From IMG/VR virus record IMGVR_UViG_3300007171_000042, positions 52,384 through 72,383 of that record: 20,000 bases of DNA. One strand, given 5' to 3'. This document shows positions 9,001-16,923 of the stretch, in pieces. Position numbers and translations under genes: made by a program. Within the stretch, counting starts at the first letter, position 1, and each line of letters begins with the position of its first letter. The notes beneath the pieces were generated by a model. The model was given only the letters and a program-made list of their open reading frames with translations. It had not been told where the DNA came from and ran no database searches. The stretch comes from an uncultured virus (IMG/VR IMGVR_UViG_3300007171_000042) (Duplodnaviria; Heunggongvirae; Uroviricota; Caudoviricetes).

Positions 9001-9030
9001 CAAAGATAGTATATTAAAAAAATAAGTCAA
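9001..9030 (-). promoter_or_regulatory. Bacteroidota-type promoter for the lysis cassette
   Basis: Minus strand TTG-N19-TATCTTTG. Confidence 0.7.
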
Positions 9031-9035
9031 ATCCT

Positions 9036-9068
9036 AAAAAGAAAACCCCCAGATTTCTCTGAGGGTTT
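9036..9068 (-). terminator. Intrinsic terminator
   Basis: Minus strand AAACCCTCAGA-GAAA-TCTGGGGGTTT followed by a T-rich tail. Confidence 0.75.
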
Positions 9069-9092
9069 ATAAAAGCTTGTTAATTACAAGGT

Positions 9093-9383
9093 TTAGAGGA
9101 TTTCTGCATCAGAGATAGGGCTAACAGTTGCCTCTGTCTCCATTGCAATGTGCTCAAAAGTTTCCAAGTTGATTTGACCTTTACCGTAGGTCTCCTCAAT
9201 TTTTTGGAAGAACTCAGCCTGCTCTTTGCTTACTTCTTTCATTACATCCATTACTTGAGACTTTAAGTCCTCAAGGTCAGAAAGTTGCAATTGGATCTTA
9301 CCCAAATCCATAATAACGGCTTGAGTCTTTTGTTGGAAGCCTTTGATTGCTTCGATCTCTTGTTCGGTTAACTTGGTATTCAT
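9093..9383 (-). CDS. Hypothetical coiled-coil protein
   Basis: 96 aa acidic helical ORF with its own TAnnTTTG element. Confidence 0.75.
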   Translation of the reverse strand: MNTKLTEQEIEAIKGFQQKTQAVIMDLGKIQLQLSDLEDLKSQVMDVMKEVSKEQAEFFQKIEETYGKGQINLETFEHIAMETEATVSPISDAEIL

Positions 9384-9403
9384 AATTTTTTAGTTGGTTT
9401 ACA

Positions 9404-9411
9404 CAAATATA
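9404..9411 (-). promoter_or_regulatory. TAnnTTTG promoter element
   Basis: Minus strand TATATTTG, 20 nt before ATG 9383. Confidence 0.55.
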
Positions 9412-9441
9412 GTACCTTTTAGGCAATTATGACATTATGTC

Positions 9442-9732
9442 TTACTCAGCTGTAAGACCTAATTCGCTTAATGCCCAATCAATAACTACAGAGTCGTCTG
9501 TTCCCCAAGTAGCAATAACGTCTTCTTTCATAATCAAGTTACCGTCCAAGATAGAAGAACCGGGTTTAGAAACAGGAGTTTCAGAACCTTCTACAGTCTC
9601 AAAGGTTTCGGTCAAGATCTGCCAGTAAAAAGTAATAGAAGTTGCGTTCATAGGAAAAGTTAACGCATTGATAGTAAAGTACTTACCTTCACCACGTGCA
9701 GGTACAGTAACAGTTTGGATTTTAGTTGCCAT
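9442..9732 (-). CDS. Hypothetical protein, possibly tail-fibre associated
   Basis: 96 aa, directly downstream of the tail fibre, ends in WGTDDSVVIDWALSELGL. Confidence 0.7.
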   Translation of the reverse strand: MATKIQTVTVPARGEGKYFTINALTFPMNATSITFYWQILTETFETVEGSETPVSKPGSSILDGNLIMKEDVIATWGTDDSVVIDWALSELGLTAE

Positions 9733-9758
9733 ATTTTTGTTTTAAATTAAGTGTGTTA

Positions 9759-9766
9759 CAAATATA
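9759..9766 (-). promoter_or_regulatory. TAnnTTTG promoter element
   Basis: Minus strand TATATTTG upstream of ATG 9732. Confidence 0.55.
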
Positions 9767-9781
9767 ATATCATTTTTAAAA

Positions 9782-12427
9782 TTACATAGCGGTAGAAGTT
9801 ACTCTTTGCCAAGCAGTTCCATTGTAGAAACAAATAGTCTTAAGATCTGTATTATAGACCTGTAGACCTTCTGCAGGAGAGGAGATAAGTAATATCTGCG
9901 CTGTAGTCATTCTAGGAGGTAAGAAACCCTTAGTAGTAGACTCTACTTGAAGTAAAGCACTAGCATTCACAGTGGTTGTTCCTAGTACTAGACTGCCTCC
10001 TAAATAGTTAGGTGCAGTTCCTACTCCATATAATCCCCAACCGCTATTATTCGACCACTCAATAGAACGCCAATCAGCTGCTGCGGTTAGAGTAGGATTA
10101 ACATATAATCCTCGTGTTACACCACTAGCTCCTCCTGTTTGGTTAATTGTACCTCTATAAAGCAATCCAATAAAAGTTCCGACTCCACTTGTTGGAGCAA
10201 ATCCGTGCGCTAATTGTAAAACTCCTGCTGCACCGCTTGTATTTGTTCTTGTTGAGGCATTAAAACCAGATATTGTTAATCCATAGCCTTCAGTAGAACT
10301 ACTTGCAAATCTCAAAGAAGTAAATAAACCTCCAGCAACATAAGATTCTCCTCCACTAGAACTAACCAAATCATTACCGTTTGACGTGCCTATAACAAAA
10401 CCTTGAGACGCTCTTGCATATCCGTCTTTTCTAACTCTAAATTGACTTGAACCTGCGACTTGCAGGTCTATTAAGAAAGAACTTGCATTAGATGCAGTGT
10501 CTGTAAGATTCGCTTTAATTAAAGTAGGTGTCCCAGTAGTATTCCAAGTTCCACTTAAATCTATCAAAGGAGTAGTACCACTTCCTGTTACAGAATAACC
10601 TGTAGAAACTATTGCAGAAGTATCAGCAGCAGGAGTTATGGTGGTTGTTCCTTGTACTCTGGCTGTGCCGTTAACATCTAGTTTATAACCACTATCAGTT
10701 GTAGTACCTAATAACAAGTTACCTCCGTTTGTTACTCTAAGTCTTTCTACGATACCCCCAGAATAAGTACTTATTTTAAAGTAATCTGCTGGTTGAATAC
10801 TAATACTATCTCCAAGAAATTGACTATTTATATTAAAAACAGTTCCGTATTGAAACAAATTTGTACTATGGCTAGTTGTATCACTTATTCTTAATCCCGT
10901 TTGGTAACTGTTTCCGTTTATTTCTAATTTAGCTCCAGGACTAGTTGTTCCGATACCTACATTACCAAGTCTTGTTATTCTCATGTACTCAGTAAGAGCA
11001 GAACCATCATAGTTTAAAAACAATAAATCTGCTCCACCATTGGCTGTGTTTGTAGTTATACTTCTAATTGTACTTGAAGAAAGCGAAGTAGCAAATCCGC
11101 TGTCATTTGCAAAATCTAATTGTACGCCCTGACCTGCGGTAACAGAAGCAACAGCTGAATTTGCTAATCTTAAACCTGTTGTAGCCGCACTAGAAGCACT
11201 GTTCTGCATCCTCACTACTCCATTAACGTCTAATCTATAACCAGCATCAGTAAATGTACCTCCATTCTGAATAACTACGTTTCCTGTAGAACCAAACACT
11301 CGAAGTTTAATGTTCCCAGAATTGTCATTCAGGTTGATATTTGTACCTAGGATATCTAATGAGTTTGCACCAGAATTAACCCCTCTTGTGTAAACATTTA
11401 GCCATCTGTAATTAGACGCACCGAGTGCACCAGTAGAATCAACACTTGGTCTTATTGCTTCGGTAGCGCCCGAATAAATAATACTGTTAGATGTAGTATT
11501 GCCTGCTGTGGTTACGGCCGCTAGGGTAGGAGTAGGTACAGCAGTTGCTACAGTCACATTCTTCCAGACTTGCTGGGTGGAGTCGTACTGCAACAAATCG
11601 TTATTTGCAACGCTAGTTATCTTGACGTTGTGTAATTCATCAATCTCATAACCATTGTCAACCTTGACGAATATCTTACCGTTTACCCCATGGGCATATA
11701 CCACATATCCCATTACTACGGTGTGGTTAGGAGCTACTGGTTTAACCTTAGTTAAAGATCCAGGAGTAGTAGGACTTAAAAATAAAACGTCTCCGTCTGC
11801 CCAAGTTTCTCCCTGAAGAGATCCTGTGGTATTGATTCCGTTTACGTTTCCAAAAACCGTAATAAAACCTTCTTGGTTGTTTCCAATATCCTCTGTAACG
11901 ATTCCTAAAGTAGTAACAGAGTCAGGGTCGTTGTTTCCTTGAGCTAACACAACAGCCAGTCTCTGACCTTGTGCTCCTCCCTCTGAAGCGATTCTTACTC
12001 TTACAACCTTATACTGAGACTCTAAAAGATCTGCTCCTGTCTTGTTTACAACCCTTACGACTGTTTCTTGGCCTAACTGAAGAGTGACATTATTACCTTT
12101 AAGTCTTAAGTCTACAGTTCCATCTGTATCGTTCCAAACAAATCTACCTACTGCTTGAGATCCGGGACTTACTGTGTTTAACTGAAGGTAAGGAGAGTTT
12201 ACTCCTCCTACGTTAATTACATTAGTCGTGGTGTTTCCTGCGGTAGTTACTGTATCTAGAGTATAAGTTCCTAAAGCTATCTGATTAGACACAAAAGTAA
12301 CAAACTCTGAAACAGGTACTGTAACAGTTTCTAGTGGAGAGTTAATTAAAGCTAGTAAAGAGTCACCTAGTCCTAGAGTCTTTTTAGGTAACTGACTAGT
12401 TTTTACTACTTGACCTGATATATTCAT
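9782..12427 (-). CDS. Tail fibre / receptor-binding protein
   Basis: 881 aa, G/T/S/N-rich. Repeats TLxxVTTAGNTTxN (twice), GNVGIGTTSPGAKLEING and TDxGYxLDVNG. C-terminal STTKGFLPPRMTT...GLQVYNTD...FYNGTAW module typical of Bacteroidota and their phage fibres. Confidence 0.8.
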   Translation of the reverse strand: MNISGQVVKTSQLPKKTLGLGDSLLALINSPLETVTVPVSEFVTFVSNQIALGTYTLDTVTTAGNTTTNVINVGGVNSPYLQLNTVSPGSQAVGRFVWNDTDGTVDLRLKGNNVTLQLGQETVVRVVNKTGADLLESQYKVVRVRIASEGGAQGQRLAVVLAQGNNDPDSVTTLGIVTEDIGNNQEGFITVFGNVNGINTTGSLQGETWADGDVLFLSPTTPGSLTKVKPVAPNHTVVMGYVVYAHGVNGKIFVKVDNGYEIDELHNVKITSVANNDLLQYDSTQQVWKNVTVATAVPTPTLAAVTTAGNTTSNSIIYSGATEAIRPSVDSTGALGASNYRWLNVYTRGVNSGANSLDILGTNINLNDNSGNIKLRVFGSTGNVVIQNGGTFTDAGYRLDVNGVVRMQNSASSAATTGLRLANSAVASVTAGQGVQLDFANDSGFATSLSSSTIRSITTNTANGGADLLFLNYDGSALTEYMRITRLGNVGIGTTSPGAKLEINGNSYQTGLRISDTTSHSTNLFQYGTVFNINSQFLGDSISIQPADYFKISTYSGGIVERLRVTNGGNLLLGTTTDSGYKLDVNGTARVQGTTTITPAADTSAIVSTGYSVTGSGTTPLIDLSGTWNTTGTPTLIKANLTDTASNASSFLIDLQVAGSSQFRVRKDGYARASQGFVIGTSNGNDLVSSSGGESYVAGGLFTSLRFASSSTEGYGLTISGFNASTRTNTSGAAGVLQLAHGFAPTSGVGTFIGLLYRGTINQTGGASGVTRGLYVNPTLTAAADWRSIEWSNNSGWGLYGVGTAPNYLGGSLVLGTTTVNASALLQVESTTKGFLPPRMTTAQILLISSPAEGLQVYNTDLKTICFYNGTAWQRVTSTAM

Positions 12428-12462
12428 TTAATTGTATTTTATCTTAGTTTATCTTAATTTAT

Positions 12463-12855
12463 TTACTCCTGTATTAAAAGTTTTCCTTCTTCTGTCATAA
12501 TCAAGAAGAAAGGCATAGCAACATAAGGAGGTTCCTGATAGGGATCTGCTGCTATAAACGTAGGTTCTGGAATAGTACCCTCAAACCTTAAGTTTCCTGC
12601 GGGTCTGTTTTCGGTTATTAACTCAGTCGTAAAAGGAACAGACAATCCATTATACCCTTTACTTAAAGTTAAATAAAGTTTACTTCCATTAACAAAGAAA
12701 CTTCCCTTAACAGGACTATAAGAGTCAAAACTCTGAGCCCTTAAAACGCTTACATCGTAAGCAGAGATATAAGTACGCTCAGCCCTTCCTTTAAGGATAG
12801 CTTCTATCAACTCAGTTGCATAGCCATCCCCCCAAAAGTCTGGATACTGTCTCAT
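12463..12855 (-). CDS. Hypothetical protein (possibly virion associated)
   Basis: 130 aa ORF upstream of the fibre gene, with a promoter element 4 nt before its ATG. Confidence 0.7.
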   Translation of the reverse strand: MRQYPDFWGDGYATELIEAILKGRAERTYISAYDVSVLRAQSFDSYSPVKGSFFVNGSKLYLTLSKGYNGLSVPFTTELITENRPAGNLRFEGTIPEPTFIAADPYQEPPYVAMPFFLIMTEEGKLLIQE

Positions 12856-12859
12856 ACAA

Positions 12860-12912
12860 CAAAGATAAGCTTATTTAAAAATAAGTAAAGAGACCTAAAT
12901 TAACTATCTTTG
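12860..12912. promoter_or_regulatory. Back-to-back TAnnTTTG promoter elements at the strand switch
   Basis: TATCTTTG on minus at 12860-12867 and on plus at 12905-12912. Confidence 0.65.
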
Positions 12913-12938
12913 ATTTACAATAGATCTACAACATAGTT

Positions 12939-13619
12939 ATGATACAGGTTATCTTTGATCATATAACAGGCTTTGGCAAGATTACAGAGCAAGACTTTAT
13001 CTACTCAGACCCTAAGGGAATAGCCTTAGGAACAGACTATAATAATTATCTAAATGAAGGCTGGGTAGAATGGCAAGGATACTGGTATAATTTAAGATCA
13101 ACTAGAATTAAAATAAGTGACTATAAACCCACCAAGACTGTAAAACGCTTAGCCAATAAAGTCCAAATATCTAAAGTAATCCTAACTCAAGAAGAAGTAG
13201 ATAGACTTCAACCTGTCTACGAAAAATACATAACCACTAAAGGATACAAAAGGGATATAAAACTAGAAGACTTCCTAGATTACTTTGCGATTCTCTACTG
13301 GCACAATGAAAAGCTTATTGGAGCATCTATCTTCAAAGAGTATAAAACAGACCAAAAAGACATAGTTGACTATCAGTTTCTGTGGGACTATGAAGACCCT
13401 AAACTATCTTTGGGAAGCGTATCCCTATACTACGAGATAGAATTAACTAAAAACTCTGCCACCTACGTATACTTAATGGGAGGCTATGAAGAAGCCTGTA
13501 TTTATAAATCTAACTTTAAAGGGTTTGAATGGTGGACAGGAACGGAGTGGTCTTCCGACTTAGACCTTTACACACAACTTTGTAAAAGAGACAACAATGT
13601 ACATATACGAACCTCATAA
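12939..13619 (+). CDS. ATE1/Bpt-like aminoacyl-tRNA-protein transferase (GNAT fold)
   Basis: Ordered family-like motifs YLNEGW, RIKISDYKPTKTVKR, VYEKY, EKLIG, WDYEDPKLSLGSVSLYYEI, YVYLMG and CIYKSNF-x2-FE. Confidence 0.75.
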   Translation: MIQVIFDHITGFGKITEQDFIYSDPKGIALGTDYNNYLNEGWVEWQGYWYNLRSTRIKISDYKPTKTVKRLANKVQISKVILTQEEVDRLQPVYEKYITTKGYKRDIKLEDFLDYFAILYWHNEKLIGASIFKEYKTDQKDIVDYQFLWDYEDPKLSLGSVSLYYEIELTKNSATYVYLMGGYEEACIYKSNFKGFEWWTGTEWSSDLDLYTQLCKRDNNVHIRTS

Positions 13620-13800
13620 CAGACTAGAGGTAACTACTCCCAAAGGAAAAGGTATTGTATGGCTAGTCACAGATTACGGTCATGAAACCGATACTATCTA
13701 TACCGTCATTTTAGACAACGGGGAGATCTGGCAGTTTACCCACAAAGATATAAACACTAGAGATAATCTTACCTTTGGAAGACAAGTTTCCAAACCTTAA
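13597..13800 (+). CDS. Hypothetical protein
   Basis: 67 aa, overlaps the end of the transferase gene, beta-rich sequence. Confidence 0.7.
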   Translation: MYIYEPHNRLEVTTPKGKGIVWLVTDYGHETDTIYTVILDNGEIWQFTHKDINTRDNLTFGRQVSKP

Positions 13801-13997
13801 GTGATAATCTAAAATAAAAAAAATTTTCCAAAATTTCCCCCAAAATTTTAGACCCCCCCCCAATTTTTTGCCAGGGTCGTAAAGAAATTTTTTTTCTAAC
13901 CCCCTACCCCTTTATATCCATGAGAGGTGAGGGGACGTCAATATCAAATACCCCGTCTCGTGATTGAGTGTGGTGTAACCCCCCACATAAAACAGAT

Positions 13998-14306
13998 ATG
14001 GATATCAAGAAATTAGAAAACAAAACTGTTGCGGAATGCAAGGGTTTTGAGGTTAGTCAAAAGGTAATGCTCAACAAAAATGGTTATTACTTCATCAGAA
14101 TCTATCCAAAGGGAAAGCCTGACGAAAATGAGTGGGTGTACCTCTCACAAAGACTGACAAGAACAATGAAAGCACAAGGCACCTTTAATTACCCCGGTGA
14201 CGCTATGTTTAAACTTACTGTTAATGCAGACGGTGAAGAGCGTATGAAACTTGTGACTCCTCCAACTCCTATGGTTGACGCTACTACTATCTCCGCTTGG
14301 GGGTAG
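13998..14306 (+). CDS. Hypothetical early protein (start revised to ATG 13998)
   Basis: ATG lies in the recurring AACAGATATG leader. A hairpin at about 14283-14310 overlaps the stop. Confidence 0.75.
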   Translation: MDIKKLENKTVAECKGFEVSQKVMLNKNGYYFIRIYPKGKPDENEWVYLSQRLTRTMKAQGTFNYPGDAMFKLTVNADGEERMKLVTPPTPMVDATTISAWG

Positions 14307-14331
14307 TAGTTTGTCCAGTTATCTAACTTAA

Positions 14332-14457
14332 TTAGGGTCGATTGTCATAATATTGTCAGCAATTGACCCTAAATTAGGTTTTGTTTAACTTTTTTTTGTC
14401 TCAGCCCGGGAAAATCGGAGACAATTGTCATTTTGTTTAACTTTTTCATGACAATTG
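14332..14457. repeat. Inverted and direct repeat cluster
   Basis: 13-bp inverted repeat 14332-14344/14360-14372 (one G-T). Exact 16-bp direct repeat TTTTGTTTAACTTTTT at 14379 and 14431. CAATTG three times. Confidence 0.7.
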
Positions 14458-14717
14458 AAGTGGAAAAGAGTGGGAAAAAGGGGGTTAAAATGGGGGTTTT
14501 TCCCCCTTTATCTCCTTTCTAATGGGTTAAAATAGGCTAAAATCAAATCTGAAAAGAAGTTATATGATTAAAAAGTAAACCTATTAACCTTATTAGCCTT
14601 TATTCCCTCTATTAACGGATAACCTTTTATATAACTCCTTATATATTCTCTTATATGGTTGTTATTACTCGTCTCTTATGTCAGAGACGTTATCTAATGC
14701 TAAGCGAATTTTTTGCT

Positions 14718-14781
14718 TGGTCGACTATGAGACTATAAATAGCCTTTAGGCATAGTGCGTTACTCTTATGAGTAGGTATGG
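14718..14781 (+). ncRNA. Pistol-class self-cleaving ribozyme candidate
   Basis: P1 TGGTC/GACTA, loop ACTATG pairs with CATAGT, TAAATAG junction, GCG, P3 TTACTC/GAGTAG, GT cleavage dinucleotide, P2 CCTT/ATGG. Confidence 0.75.
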
Positions 14782-14795
14782 AAACAATAACAGAT

Positions 14796-15113
14796 ATGGA
14801 AAAGAAAATTGCTTATTTAATGAAAAGCTATGAATTTGATTCAACAGCTTGTCACGGTGAAGGTGCAGAAGTACAATGCTTTACTTTGGTATATTCAGAT
14901 AACTCTAAACTTAAGGTTAGTGATTATTTGGCTATCCCATTAATGAAGTTTGGTAATGTGCCTGTTAGATATTCAAACTATCATTGGAATTTTATTAATG
15001 AAGGTATTGTTCTAACTAAAGAACAAAGAGCATTAATAGATGATTATAGAAGTAACTATTCTAGTAGAAAAGTTCTTCCTACCCATGATTGTGTAAAATA
15101 TCTTTGGAATTAA
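14796..15113 (+). CDS. Hypothetical protein (start probably ATG 14796 rather than 14778)
   Basis: ATG 14796 lies in the AACAGATATG leader. ATG 14778 lies inside the ribozyme P2 strand. Confidence 0.7.
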   Translation: MEKKIAYLMKSYEFDSTACHGEGAEVQCFTLVYSDNSKLKVSDYLAIPLMKFGNVPVRYSNYHWNFINEGIVLTKEQRALIDDYRSNYSSRKVLPTHDCVKYLWN

Positions 15114-15114
15114 T

Positions 15115-15135
15115 AGGGGTGTAACAACCCCTTTT
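15115..15135 (+). terminator. Intrinsic terminator-like hairpin
   Basis: AGGGGT...ACCCCT followed by TTT. Confidence 0.6.
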
Positions 15136-15152
15136 ACTTTAATGCGTCATAA

Positions 15153-15422
15153 CCTACTTCACAAGGGTAGGCAATTGTTATTTGGACTTCGGAGACCATT
15201 TAGACGAACCTGTTACGTCATAACAATTGAATGAAGAAAACCCTAGAAGCGGGGTTCAAGACAGATATAATGCGAAGTGAAACTGTCTTAAACTAAACCA
15301 CACTACTGGTTAAGCACAATAGTAGTATATCTGGAGATAACTTCATAAGGATGGATTGTGCTTTTTAAACTACAAGGTATGGTAATCCTACTAACACAAC
15401 TAGCGGACCTTGTAGTTTTTTA
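15153..15422 (+). ncRNA. Structured intergenic RNA array (junction, hairpins, pseudoknot)
   Basis: Six consecutive stem elements (see findings). Confidence 0.5.
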
Positions 15423-15450
15423 TTATTGGACTTAAACAAAAAAAACAGAT

Positions 15451-15696
15451 ATGGAAAACACAGTATTAAACTATTGTAGATGGATTGTATCTCATAATTG
15501 TGTTGTTAAATACAATGTAGGAGATGACAGCCATGAAGGTTGGTATGTAAATGAATACGGTTATTGGAAATTTAGATTCTTTTATACTTATGAAGTAAAA
15601 GAGATGGTTTCTGGTAACTATACAGTATTAGGACATACTAATGAAAATTATGACTTTGCTTATTTGCGGAATTTTTTACATTCTGCATATAAGTAA
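15451..15696 (+). CDS. Hypothetical protein
   Basis: 81 aa, AACAGATATG leader. Confidence 0.7.
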   Translation: MENTVLNYCRWIVSHNCVVKYNVGDDSHEGWYVNEYGYWKFRFFYTYEVKEMVSGNYTVLGHTNENYDFAYLRNFLHSAYK

Positions 15697-15752
15697 TTCT
15701 TTCGGAGCTATCCGTTAAATAGCTTTTTTATTGACTTAAACAGAAAACAGAT

Positions 15753-15968
15753 ATGGAAATGGAAAATATGACCTTTGAACCTACTGTTAGACATAATACC
15801 TTATTACGGTATATGGATGACCAGACTAAAACAGCTCTTAAGCTGATGATTAACACCCTTGGCTATTATAACACTATTAGTGTTTTAATTAGTGAATGTG
15901 GTAAGAGTAACAATCAAGCCCGGATTTTAGCGGATATTGGGTGCTATATGTTAGAAGACTATGAGTAA
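15753..15968 (+). CDS. Hypothetical protein
   Basis: 71 aa, AACAGATATG leader. Confidence 0.7.
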   Translation: MEMENMTFEPTVRHNTLLRYMDDQTKTALKLMINTLGYYNTISVLISECGKSNNQARILADIGCYMLEDYE

Positions 15969-16173
15969 GTTTATAGTCTTCTCTACATTGGGTCAAGTGA
16001 AGAACTTTATTAAGCGTAAACTTCCCACTTATTACTCTAATGACGGATGTGGTTGTTGTTACAATGAATCATATCCTTTAATTAGAGGTAAGCGGTTGCT
16101 TTATGTCCAGGTAAATTCTACATACGGGCACATAACTGCGGAAGTAACTGTCATTGGCAGATACAAAAGATAA
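15961..16173 (+). CDS. Hypothetical protein with GCGCC motif
   Basis: 70 aa, overlaps upstream stop. Confidence 0.7.
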   Translation: MSKFIVFSTLGQVKNFIKRKLPTYYSNDGCGCCYNESYPLIRGKRLLYVQVNSTYGHITAEVTVIGRYKR

Positions 16174-16326
16174 AGAGTTATATAAACTCTGCAGAACACT
16201 CTACTGGCCATAGAGTGTATTTTTATCCGTGATTGGCCTCACGTCAAGGCAACTAAAGATGCCTTTGAAACACAAAGGGTGTTTCTAAAGGGGATTAGTG
16301 AACAAACGATCTAATCCCCAATTTTT
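16174..16326 (+). ncRNA. Six-hairpin intergenic array with possible kissing loops
   Basis: Back-to-back perfect stems (see findings). Confidence 0.5.
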
Positions 16327-16346
16327 ATTTTAAAGTAAAAACAGAT

Positions 16347-16526
16347 ATGAATATATATAAAGAGATTCCAAGCTTGATACTGATAGTATTGGGCTTGTTG
16401 GCTGCTTGGGTAGCCTTAACAGTATGTCAGACAGGTACTGGTGTTCAGTACTTCAGTGCTTTTATAGCATTAGGTTACTGGTTACTGGCTTTTTTGAGTT
16501 GGCCTAATAAAACTAAAGAGGTATGA
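16347..16526 (+). CDS. Small two-TM membrane protein, 59 aa (not in ORF track)
   Basis: MNIYKEIPSLILIVLGLLAAWVALTVCQTGTGVQYFSAFIALGYWLLAFLSWPNKTKEV, AACAGATATG leader. Confidence 0.75.
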   Translation: MNIYKEIPSLILIVLGLLAAWVALTVCQTGTGVQYFSAFIALGYWLLAFLSWPNKTKEV

Positions 16527-16699
16527 GAAGACTTACTTTTCTTTCCCTTCTATTAGGGATTGCTTGTATTGTTGCTATTCTAGCAGCATACTTAAGCGAA
16601 CAAATGGGCTTGACCGTTATCTCTAACTTCTTCTCTATTGGAGCCATTGTCACAGGCATTGGCTCCATAGTAATAGATTCTAAACCCTTTAAGCAATGA
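16523..16699 (+). CDS. Small two-TM membrane protein, 58 aa (not in ORF track)
   Basis: MRRLTFLSLLLGIACIVAILAAYLSEQMGLTVISNFFSIGAIVTGIGSIVIDSKPFKQ, ATGA overlaps at both ends. Confidence 0.75.
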   Translation: MRRLTFLSLLLGIACIVAILAAYLSEQMGLTVISNFFSIGAIVTGIGSIVIDSKPFKQ

Positions 16700-16923
16700 A
16701 TATGGAAGAATTTATAGAAGCATTTGCTGCTAGTGTACTTATTATAAAGATTAACCGCTTATACTTCTTTCTAGAAAGATTAGAAGAAGAGTATGAGTTA
16801 GGCAATATTTCTGATGAGTTTTATCTACAACAAAGCCAAGACTTAAAAGAAACACTAAACAGACTTACTGAAGACAATCCCTTTAATGAACTTAAAGAAG
16901 AACTTAATCTAATCACGTTATGA
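16696..16923 (+). CDS. Hypothetical acidic protein
   Basis: 75 aa, ATGA-coupled. Confidence 0.75.
   Translation: MNMEEFIEAFAASVLIIKINRLYFFLERLEEEYELGNISDEFYLQQSQDLKETLNRLTEDNPFNELKEELNLITL

Noticed and set aside
4402..9628. ORFs 4402-4614, 4837-5028, 4945-5145, 5401-5592, 5715-5918, 8325-8690 and 9437-9628
   Set aside because: Overlap better-supported minus-strand genes, either antisense or out of frame.
9782..12427. Tail-fibre repeats as a diversity-generating retroelement target
   Set aside because: No reverse transcriptase and no near-identical TR/VR nucleotide pair seen in the window.
13991..16349. AACAGATATG and other repeats as a CRISPR array
   Set aside because: Too short, irregularly spaced and separated by genes.
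16811..16818. CTGATGAG hammerhead-like core
   Set aside because: Inside a coding region, with no matching stems or properly placed GAAA.
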